Source: Halocafeteria seosinensis
Lineage: Eukaryota
Assembly (NCBI GenBank): GCA_001687465.1
Contig: LVLI01000023.1
Coordinates: forward strand, 1-64,000
Reading direction: 5' to 3'
Length of the DNA stretch: 64,000 nt
Below are positions 53,268 through 64,000 of this stretch, piece by piece. Below the pieces are notes generated by a model. It saw nothing but the letters and a program-made list of their open reading frames with translations, had not been told where the DNA came from and made no database searches. The position numbers and the translations under genes are program-made. Position 1 is the stretch's first letter; each line of letters begins with the position of its first letter.

Positions 53268-53675
53268 GGCACTTGTACTGTAACTGGATTGCGTAAAGAT
53301 ACCCTCAATAACAGAAAAAAATGAAGTAAAAAAATTACCGTGAAAGATAACGGCGAAACTCAATCGATGATGAACTGTGTCAAACTAGCAAACAATTTTC
53401 GCCTCAAAACCCATGTATACTGCCTATTGAAGTGTGGATTCCACCCTCATCCGTTTGTGAAGTTCACCGCGCCGTGGGGCCCCACGATGGGGCGGTGTTG
53501 ATCACCCGAGATCGCCCCGAGAAAGCGTCATGGCACGGGTATCCACCGCACCATGGTGCGGTGGCTTTATACACGAGTCTATCGAGCGCATTTGGACGAT
53601 ATAATCCCGTGTTGTGGGATAGATAGAGAGATGGACATTCCATGAGTTGGTGGTGGTGGTGAAAAGGAAGAGAAA

Positions 53676-55055
53676 ATGTCGACAACCTTGACAAATGATG
53701 AGATTAATGCCGTCATTGTGACGGCGTCGGTCGTGAGTACATTGAGTATGATAGGCAGTGGTTTTATTATCTTCTGCTACTTCCACTACAAACACTTGCG
53801 CAACTTTGCCTTCACTCTGGTGCTCGTTTTAAGGTACGTAATGCCCTGGAAAGTGCGATAAAACATGGGAAAAGCCAGACTTCAACATCCTTTATGCAGT
53901 TTTAATGATTTTTTTAACCAAATAACCATATTTTTGACGCCGGATGCAAAGGATTTGAACTCTATGAGGGACCCGGGGTCCAAAATCACGCCGCTATGCG
54001 CGGCACAAGCTACCATGGAGTCATTTTTCGAGCTGTCATCGATTCTTTGGACGAGTGCAATCGCCGCCACGCTATATATGAGCGTGTTTATGAGGCTCCC
54101 AGCGACACGGATACGAAGTTCGTTCAAATACATGGTCCTTGTTTGCCAAGGGATACCGCTGGTGTTGACCGCAGTCCCTGGGGCTCTTGGCAAGTTCGGA
54201 CCCGCGGGAGCTTGGTGCTGGATTAACAAAGATGAACAAGGTTGGAGATGGGGTCAATTCTTTGCACCTCTATGGCTTGCTATTATTTTTAACGCGGTCG
54301 TGTACATAATGATAATTCGAAAAATTAAAGGATTTCACCGAGTGACAGCAGCAGTGGATGAGGAATCTGCACAGGCAATGTTAAACATTGTAAAGAGACT
54401 AAGATTCTATCCTCTCATTCTAGTTGTTGTTTGGATTATGGCCACGGTCAATCGGATCGTGGAAGAAGCCAAAAACGAAGAAGTTTACGCTCTGTTTTTC
54501 TTGCAGAAGATCTTTTCTTCTACACAAGGTTTATTGAATGCATTTGCCTACGGGTTCAGCTCTGGCGTCAGAGAAGCTATTCGTGATAGCATTAGCAAGC
54601 AGTGCCCGAGCCTTGTCAAAGACGTGTATGCCCGTGAACTTGTAGGTGGGAGTGAAGTGCGCCGTAACAACAGTAGGCGTCCATTGAAAACACCGCCCAC
54701 AGGAGGTGCTAGTGGAGATGCTGACGATGATGACTCTTTCGGCTCGCCAAGGTGGCCTTCCGATTCTGACTCGGGTAGATGGGATTCTATATCAGAAGAC
54801 CAAAATGCATCTGGTGCTCGCGAACAGGAAGAGCCACGCAAAAATACAGATGTTGCGGTAGAAATGAGCGATCGCTCATCATCGTCAAACTCAAACAAGA
54901 GTGGTAACAAAAGCCGTAGAACCGATATCTCTGAGACCATAAACCCTGTGGGTCCCACTAGCACTGGCTACGAGCACACACAGGGTTCAACTTCATCGGA
55001 ACCCAAACGAGCAGAGCGAGTGCAGTCATTACGTGAACAATACCAAGGAGTGTAG
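53676..55055 (+). CDS. 7-TM GPCR, cAMP-receptor-like (CrlA/GCR1 type)
   Basis: 'SVVSTLSMIGSGFII', 'LC..QA...FFELSSILWTSAIA', 'GPAGAWCWI', 'RLRFYPLILVVVW', 'QGLLNAFAYG'; one intron ~53834-53899. Confidence 0.88.
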
Positions 55056-55172
55056 AAGTTGGTTTGGTTTTGTGTGCGCTAGAGTTGCCACATGCCAGCG
55101 ACGATCAGAACACAGTGTCGTACTCCGCCATTGAAAGTACACAAATCGACTCGTGAGAGTAGTTTTGAAGGC

Positions 55173-57410
55173 TTAACGTTGTTCTTCGTGTCCTAGATGT
55201 TTTGATACGGCAGTGCGAGTTCCCATAGTGGCGGAAAAGACAAACGTGCGAGTGACTAAGGGAACTCTGTCCATTAAGACAAATGCGTCGATGTCCAATG
55301 TACTGCCGCTTTGTGAAAATGAGACTGGAATATCAACGACGGAGGCGTTCGTTACTTCAAATGCGTCGACAATAGAAAATTGTGGAGGAAGGATCGCTGA
55401 TGTCTCGGGAACTGTGTGATTCAGAAACTGCACTACCAGATATGCAATTCACATTCCCACTCAGAAGGCACTGTTCGAGGCAGCGTCCACGTCGCTCTAC
55501 TTACCTTCCAGTGTTGGCTGAGTCCAATGCCACAGAAGAGATCTGAATAGCCACCATCCGTGTCAATGTTGATTGCAGTTATAACCAACACTCCCGGAGA
55601 GTACGTCCCTGTGACGATAGATCCGTTGTCACCTTGAGTATCAATAAATATCGTAGCATCGCCACTTCTGTAGTACTCTCTGAGAGCTTTAGTCTCATTG
55701 CCTATTATGCCTAGTTGTTTCCATGTCTCTGGGAAGAAAGGTCTTTCCCCGATTTGGCTTTGGAATAACATCATTCCTTTGGCTCCTGCGTTCATCGTTA
55801 CCCCGGATAAGAGATGGTACAAGTAATGAGTTGTACAAAACAAGTCCGCTCTGAAACCTACCCGAAGCAATCACGCTTATCATTTGAATTGATATTTCCT
55901 CCGCATCAGGCTGTCGTCGGATGTGGAGCACATTATCATCCCACACATCCGAAAGCCCCTGTGAATATAGCCAGGTAGGACCTGGCATGTGATTCAGCCT
56001 TGTATTCTTTAAGTAATCAAAGCTTCCTCTAACTGGAGGCGCAATACCCCAGTTGGTCACATGCGGAGCGCACGCGGCAATATAAAAGTCCATCCCTTTA
56101 ATGTCAGTTATTCCCGACCTGCGCTTACACAGAACACACTGCTTCCATCCAAAGAAGTAGTCAACTTCCGAAACGTAACGTACCAAACACCGGTATATCT
56201 ATTTCGAGATCCTCCGATATAGGTAGGAACGCCCGGAAACGCTGCAATCATGTCGTCCGACTGGTTGAGCAAGACCCGCAGTTCACGATTAACTTCTTTG
56301 TCTGGCTCATCAGCGAGAAAGAAACCGGCAGTTTGCGAAATGCTGGTGATTGATTTGATATCTGAGGGATCGACATCCAGCAGGGTCCAGAAACCATAAC
56401 TGGGGGCAACTTCGTTGTTGATGTAGAACTTCGTATACGCATGATTACATTCCGTGAAAGAGTCGCTTACAAACATCGTATCAATACCGTGTCTTCGGTG
56501 GAAGTAATAGTTGGTGTTGTTGAGTGTAGGGATCGGACATTCATGGGACTTTGGCCAAGCCTCAATGGGATAAAATTCTTTGAAGAATCGACCTCCAGCA
56601 GCAGCGTTCGTCTCATTGACGTAGGACACAACGACGGTCCAAAAGTCACCAGGTTTCAACGATTTCGTCGAGTTGATGCCCCAAACGACAGTCTGATCAG
56701 GATGAATTTTCTCTATTCCGTTCAGAGGAACACGCTGTCCCTGGAATTCAATATTGTTCACTACTCTCGTCGAACCATTATCGTAGTTGTGCACGTAGAT
56801 AAGCACCCCCGTAAAATTATTCACCGTAGTCACCCATGTGATGGGAGCTAAATTCCTTTGGACAGGGAAAGAGCCATTACTAAGGACCCTTCCCCGGGTA
56901 TCGCGGATACTTAGATACCCAGTCGTAATGTTGTCCCAGAGAGGTTGCCGTGAATGGAAGGAGAACCAGAATTGGTCTCCCGCAGCAAACTTGGCTGGAT
57001 ACAGTCTGTACCAGTCGACATACCAATCTTTAGGGTCTGAACTACCTGATAAATTCAGCTTCCTGTGTGTGCAAATATCAGCTAAAATATCATATTTACG
57101 GGGGAATTTCACACTGATTCCAGCTAGATCAAACTTACACTCCGTTCAATTCAATTGTGTCCCAGGTTCCAGACGCCTGGCATTGCCCCACGACGTGAAT
57201 TCTTCCTCCGTTCACCGGCGATGGAATTCCCGCTTCTGGATACTCACTGTAGGGCAAATATTGATCTTTTCGGTACGTGGCGTCAAAAGTCGTGGAGCTT
57301 TGACTGTTGGATGGCATCTTGTGCGATCCCGCTCCTCCCACCTGCTGGACATTGACGGCCAAGGTCAAGACCAGCGCTAACACGAACAGGGGCGCTAGTT
57401 TTGATACCAT
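55173..57410 (-). CDS. Secreted protein, possibly glycoside-hydrolase-like, multi-exon
   Basis: Signal peptide MVSKLAPLFVLALVLTLA; many NxT sites; 'FFLADEPD' and 'MDFYIAACAPH' motifs. Confidence 0.6.
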
Positions 57411-58025
57411 TTTCTTGATAGATTGCATCCTGTAGACGGCCAAAATATCAATACATTCGCTTGAAAACGATGTGTATGCTCCACAAGTTGAAGTTGGTGC
57501 TCCGGTACAATTTGTGCAAGCTGCATGCGTGCGACAGATGAATATAGCTATACATACCAACATAATAGAACCTATAATACTATCACGAATCTTGTGGTGG
57601 CGATATTATAGCGAAATATGCTCTAGAAAGGCCAGAAAAAAGGCTTGTGAAGATGATCCAGAGCCGTGCTAATAAACAACCCTCCATTCACCTTGGATAT
57701 CTCCTAGTTACACACAGAATTACGCCATGCACAGCTACAGAGGAAGATTTCCTCCTTATTACGCAGGGAGCTCAGTCAGGGGCCTTTTAATGTAATGCGA
57801 CCCTTCTTAAGGACGTGGCTGCGTGCGGACATGTGACGCCTCGCACTATATCATGGTAAAATTTTTCAATACGCTCGATTTCGAAGGTTTTCACGTGTTT
57901 TGTTTGTTTGGGCCAAAACTGTGATTGTTTCCCGTGTATTGCGACCAGGTTCTGGGCATAGTCCTGTTCTTCCACAACGGAAAATCCACTTTGGATCCTT
58001 GAGAAACCATCAAAATAATTTTACA

Positions 58026-59506
58026 ATGCGAGCCTCCATTGCCCCCCAAGCTCTTGTTATAGGAGCCCTTTTGGCTGTCCACGTCACTTCAGTCAGAGCT
58101 CAAGGACTCCGCCCTTGGGCCATGAAGCAGCATGTGGATCCCCGTCTGGAAGACAGTGTCCAATGCTCGTTGCAAACATTGTGTCTCTGCAATGTACGCT
58201 CTGGGCCCAAGAAACTCATCAAGTGCCCCAGCACCAATGGCACCAACGTCGTGTAAGTACAACCATGATAATGAGCTCGAAGGGTTACTGTGAAGATGTG
58301 TATGCTTCCAGTGGGGTCGAAGGATTGGATATCGTCTCTATCGAAGAGGATGCCTTTGTGGATCTTCCTAACGCAGCAATCATGTAAGCGAAACAGTCTT
58401 TCCTTCGAAATAAAGGAGGAATACCTATATCCTGTGTACGTCTGTCTGGCTGTGTTTTCAGAGATCTGGCCAACAATCTACTCACCGAACTTCCCGCCAA
58501 ACTCTTCTTCAGTGTGAAGGGACTAGTTTCGCTGTAAGATATTTCTGATCCATCTCCTGGATCATAGCACATCACCCGTTACCGTCTATAACATGCAGGA
58601 GTCTTCAAGGGAACAAGCTCTTAAGCCTGCCAGGAACTCTGTTTTGGGAAAATGCGAATCTACAAGAGGTGTAAGGGAGTCAATTAGGGTACAGGAAGGG
58701 AATCATTCTATGCGTCATTAGATTGCTCTTGCAGGGATCTGCGATATAATAGCTTATCGGGGCTACCTAACGATTTACTCATTGGTCACTACAAACTGCA
58801 TACCTTGTAAGTTCAGCCTCTTTGACCATTTCACGTCTCTTCCTACATCGGTGGTATATTTCTCGGGGAATGACGCAGACTCGCATCTCAGAATAAGATC
58901 AGCGAGCTGGACTATGACGCTTTTGCGAATACCAACCTCACTCATATGTAAGTGTCACTAAGTGATCGATTAAGGTCTTTCTTGATCCTGGGTTGGTACA
59001 CTTGTGAGAATGCAGAGACTTGTTCGATAACACACTGGAAACCCTGCCTAAACAACTGTTTGACCCTTTGCATATCCCCTCGAGCCCAAGAAATGTTGTG
59101 TAAGGATATATTTTCGCCAGTGTGAGGCTTGAAGAACTTAGTAGTAATGATCTCTCACTCTTGCTCTACGCCGCAGAAACTTAACTGAGAACAGCATTGT
59201 ATACCTCCCCGCTGGAATATTTGACGGTGTGAGCGCGGACACGATGTAAGGTGGAATCGAACTTATCTACATCCAGCATGCTTACATATTGCTCTTAGTT
59301 CAAATGCATGCAGTGACCTCTCCCTCAACCCTGGGTCTCAATCTAGCAACTGCCCTCAAGGCACCGTATTTACTTACATCAAGTCTGGAGCATCGCAGAA
59401 GTTTTGTATGCAGGGTGCTACACCACCCCCAACTCCGCCGCCTCAGCCGTCAGTGCAGCCAAACGTAGCTACTCCGTCTCCGACGGCAACTGGCGCTAGT
59501 GGTTAG
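58026..59506 (+). CDS. Secreted LRR protein, copy 1 (9 exons, one LRR per internal exon)
   Basis: Exons 58026-58252, 58312-58383, 58462-58533, 58599-58670, 58735-58806, 58879-58947, 59016-59099, 59177-59245, 59314-59506; all introns GT-AG phase 2; frame open throughout. Confidence 0.92.
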
Positions 59507-60151
59507 CACAGCATGAACTCATCCATTCCCTAGTGCTGGTGACGAAGCTGAAATATTGATTCGGAAGCACAACGATGGTATAAAAGTAATAATACTATGC
59601 TGGTAATTTACCGCGTCGATCACCACTCGTAAGACATCAGTCCTCACAGAATTGTGAGAAGCTGCACACTAGCGTAGGTTTGTTTCCCAACTAGAGTGCT
59701 ACGGCGTAAGTAAGAGTTGCTGTGTCATTCCAAATGCCAACTTTCAGAGCTCAACCTTATTCTCCAACTGTATTGGTCGATGCGGGGCAAAAATAGACCC
59801 AGAAATCGTCGGGTGGGAACTTCGCTTAGACCGACTCCTCTTCATCTGCCATCACAGGTTATAGGTCTTCTAGATTCCAAAGTCAGGCGAATATAGAGGT
59901 ACCCGGGAATTCAAGCAAGGCAGTGGTACGACTGTATCACAGAGTGGTTCACAGGATTGTGTTCCGCACTCTGTCGGCCGCAAGCATATCTTGCAACTGC
60001 TGTCTCAGACTCTCAGGCATTGTTGGTGGATAAACCGTTCAGTGTCCGACCGAATCTATCTCCCTTGTGCGTTTGGATAAAACCTGTCGATTCCCGCTTT
60101 TCGAAGCCTTGTTCCACGGCTGCGACAAGCAGCGAGTACACACAAAGAACG

Positions 60152-61700
60152 ATGAAGATTTCTACGACACAAGCTCTTTTCTTGGGAGCTATAGTGGTAG
60201 CTCCTGTTGCTTTCGTGGCAGGAGAAGGAATGTCTTCGCATAATTATGAAAGTGTCGCGAAATTCTTCGAAAACGGGGTCCAATGTTCCCCCTTCACTCT
60301 CTGTCGCTGCAATGCCACGGTTGGACCGAAGAAACTGGTAGAATGCCCTAGCACGAATGGAAGTAATGTCATGTAAGTCTATTGGCAGAATGTACATGCT
60401 CGTTTCAATTATGTCATTCTCTGCCCGCGGTGCAGTGGTGTCGAGGGCTTGCGAATTGTTTCTGTCGAGCGGGATGCCTTCCGCAACGTACCGAACGCAG
60501 AAATCATGTAAGGTCCACGTTTGTTGATCGAAGACTACCATGTATGCTGGGATCATTCGTAATGGTATTTTCACATTTCAGTGACTTGGCTGACAATTTA
60601 CTGAGAAAGTTGCCATCGGGTGTCTTTGATGGTGTCAACGCTCTAATCAAAGTGTAAGTGTTCAGAGAAAACACTTGGCAAGTTGCCGATGACAACAGTC
60701 ATTTTGCAATCGCTTTTTCTGCTTTCAGAATTCTCGATGGCAACCAACTGGTTAAGCTACCCCAAGCATTATTTTCGGGAAATCCGCACTTGAAGCTACT
60801 GTAAGTAGTACGTACCTGTTGAGCTGGCTGACCACTACACTGCGAGTTACCCACTCATGCAGCAACGTTGAGGGAAACTCACTCAAAGAATTGCCCAGTG
60901 ATGTTGTAGCGGGGCACAGCAACTTCCAGACCCTGTACGTGCTCTGGGATAGCGTCTCTGGTTTACGGTTATCGACGTATAGCTTTCTCACCTGCAGCCG
61001 GGCGGCTCGGAACCTGATAACGTCTTTACCACGTAGCGTTTTTCAGAAGACCAACTTGTCCACCATGTAAGAACCCCGACTTTTCGATCAGGCTTTCCAC
61101 TACGCTTTTCCACTAGCCTTGTCAACGAGGTTATACAGTGATATGCATGCGAACAAATTGGAGACCCTTCCTAATGGTCTCTTCCGCTCTATTCACATCT
61201 CATCGTTGCTACGGAACAGCGTGTAAGCGACCTAGTTCCACATTCCTGCGAAACATTTGACTACAGTGTTAAGTCAAGTCTGTGTGACCATGACCCGCGC
61301 AGAAACTTCACGGACAACAAACTTACCTACCTTCCTTGGGGTATTTTTGAGGGAATTAACGCCGACGTCATGTAAGCATACATGTACGGAGTTTGCCATA
61401 AGAGGAGTATGCACTGTTTCTCGTTGCAGTGACCTCGCTGATAATCCAGGGGCTCAAGCAAGAAATTGCCCCCAAGGGACCAAGTTTGCAGCCATTAAAC
61501 CAGGTGCATCCCAGAAGTTTTGCATGAATATGCATCCCTCTCCAGTCCCGAGCGCATCTGCAACACCTTTTGGAAGTGTAACCCCAACTACTCTACCCCC
61601 AAGTGAAACTCCACGCCCAAGTGGAACCGTCACCCCAACCAAATCGGTCAATGTCACTCAGTCTGTTACACCCTCTCCCGGTAAACAATCCAAAAAATAG
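60152..61700 (+). CDS. Secreted LRR protein, copy 2
   Basis: Exons 60152-60372, 60436-60507, 60582-60653, 60729-60800, 60863-60934, 60998-61066, 61139-61222, 61303-61371, 61430-61700. Confidence 0.92.
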
Positions 61701-62350
61701 CTGGAGTAACTTTCATATTCCGATGTGTTGTGTCAGTGGTGCAAGTGAGTACGCGTAAGTAGAACTGCAAACAGAGTTTCGAAGCAGTGTGAAGCCAACC
61801 GTGTTTCATTGTCCAGTACATGATACCTCCACCTTCATGTCGTACATACTTCCTTTGTATCTCTTCACGCACTCGCCTCTGAGCGCGCCTTCCTCTATTA
61901 CCCTACCAGCCGACAGATGCGGCCAATAGTCTATACACTCTAGTTCTACGTGGTACTGACCAATTGCCGTTACACGGTTTCTCGCGAGGTGCGGGCTCAG
62001 TTTCTACGTATGAACAGGGGTCACTTCGCCGTTTTGTCGCCAGTTATCTCGAATGCACGGCGAGTCGGCGACCTAGCGCGCTGCGGCTGCAGTGCGACTG
62101 CAGTGCGACTTCGCAAACCGTGCCTCACAAATCCTCATCCTGAGGTGTCTGTCTTATCCTACACCAGTTGGAAGTCCAGAGTAATATGACAGCATTGTGA
62201 GGACAAACAAGCCCTCAATCTCCTGTGAGGTGCAATTTAAGCTTATCCATTGCCTCGCTTGTGTTGCGCTAAGGTTTTTCGATATTCGATTTGCGGCGAC
62301 CGTCTCCTGGCTTCGAAGCGTGTTCTACGATCGGGACCGAGAACACAACA

Positions 62351-63882
62351 ATGCAGATTTCTTCGACGCAAGCTCTATTTCTAGGAGCTATTTTGGTGGC
62401 AGCTCCTGCTGCCTTCGTAGCAGGAGAAGGAATATTTTCCTCACATGATTATGAGAGCGTGGCAGACTTCTTCGAGGACGGTGTGCAATGCTCCCGCTTC
62501 ACGCTCTGCCGCTGTAATGCTACGGTTGGACCGAAGAAGCTGCTGCATTGCCCTAGCACAAACGGAACTGATGTCATGTAAGTCTATTAACAGTAAGAAC
62601 AAAGAGTCTCTGATCACGACATTCTATGATGGTGTACTCGTTTAGGCAGTGGTGTCGAAGGCTTGCGGATTGTTTCTGTCAAGCGCAATGCGTTCCACAA
62701 GGTGCCGAATGCGGAAAGCATGTAAGACTAGAATTCCAGCATATGACACCCGTACTTACACCCTGAAAAGCTGTTCTTAACTACAAAACTCAGAAACTTG
62801 GCAAATAACTTGCTGAAGACGTTGCCATCCGATGTATTTTCTGGAGTCAATGCTCTCGAAAAAGTGTAAGAGCACTAGAGCCATTCGCAGTGGTCCAAAC
62901 GCTAAGTTGCTATGAATTATGTCGGTCTTGAATGAGTGGCTGCAGGAGTCTCAACGGAAATCAATTGCTCGAGCTACCAGGTGGGTTGTTCAGGGAGAAC
63001 CGACACCTGAGCGAGCTGTACGTAGTGGGTTTGGACGTTTCCACAGCAACAGCGGTCTCACATGTTGATCCTATGCCGCAGTGACCTTCAACGGAACTCA
63101 TTAAACAAATTACCAGAAGATCTCGTTTTTGGACACACCGAATTTAAGACAATGTAAGTTTTCTGGTTGGATGAGTGACAATCCTTTTCCGAGTAGACCA
63201 ACATCTTATTGCAGGCGGGTGTCTCTGAATGGGATAGCTTCTTTGCCGCGTAACATTTTCCAAAAGACCAATCTTTCGTGCATGTAAGAGACCTGCGTTT
63301 CTCGCTTCCGCAACCAGAATGCCATCCTTTCAGTTCGGTACATACGTTGCAGTGATATGCAATTTAACAAATTGGAGACTCTCCCTAACGGCATATTCCG
63401 ATCAGTGCACATGCCAGAGGCCCCAAGCAGCTGTGTGTAGGTGAAATACATGTAGTGCGGGAGTGTCTTCTTAAACTGTCTTACTCAAATGTTGTTCCAC
63501 TTCTACAGGAATTTAACCGACAACAAACTCACATACCTTCCTTGGGGTATATTTGACGGTATCAGCGCCAGTGTTGTGTACGTTGACCCATGTACAGCTA
63601 CAAATTTCTAAATCTCAAATCACTTTCCCAACTGTTCGTGTCTGCAGTGGTCTTACTGACAACCCAGGGGCTCAGAAAAGGCACTGTCCTCAAGGGACCA
63701 AATTTGCTGCTATAAAGCCCGGAGCGTCGCAAAAATTTTGCATGAATATGCATCCTTCCCCCATCCCCACGCCTTCTGGGACTCCCTCAGCATCCATAAC
63801 TCCGACAGTAACCGTTTCTAGTGCACCTAGTGGGAGTGGGACACCCTTTCCTTCAGAGACAAGCCGAACTAAGAAGAAGTAG
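62351..63882 (+). CDS. Secreted LRR protein, copy 3
   Basis: Exons 62351-62577, 62650-62721, 62794-62865, 62946-63017, 63082-63153, 63215-63283, 63353-63436, 63509-63577, 63648-63882. Confidence 0.92.
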
Positions 63883-64000
63883 AATAAAGATCAGAGTGTA
63901 ATGATGGTGGTGATACCTGAATAGACGAGAAACATTGGTGCTCATGTAAAGTCAATTGTCGAGAACTTTTGTCTGCCTCGCTACCACACAGAGTACATTG

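Noticed and set aside
58026..63882. Regular ~140-nt periodicity as a CRISPR-like or satellite array
   Set aside because: Fully explained by LRR exons alternating with non-identical GT-AG introns

Overview
Gene-dense eukaryotic nuclear DNA with many short (mostly 60-80 nt) GT-AG introns and the standard genetic code. Gene content (kinesin-9, TTLL polyglutamylase, Crinkler-like effector, secreted CULT/OS-9 fusion) suggests a flagellated protist, probably a stramenopile; this is inference. Recognisable genes are a kinesin-9, glutaredoxin, tubulin cofactor B, Enhancer of polycomb-like, P2X receptor, ZIFL-like MFS transporter, TTLL4/5, dUTPase, two tandem NADP-glutamate dehydrogenases and a cAMP-receptor-like GPCR. 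The most notable signals are: (1) three tandem secreted LRR genes at 58-64 kb, each built from seven one-repeat exons (72/72/72/72/69/84/69 nt) separated by phase-2 introns, with variable concave-face residues, Cys caps and a Pro/Thr/Ser stalk; (2) a decayed Polinton-like virus/virophage-type cysteine protease relic at about 36.0-36.6 kb; (3) a CRN-like NTPase+nuclease gene with a single in-frame TAG between the two domains; (4) a ~507 bp hAT-like MITE inside a mosaic repeat region; (5) a head-to-head pair of unknown multi-TM paralogs with weak otopetrin-like motifs. All family calls rest on motif recognition by eye; no searches were run.
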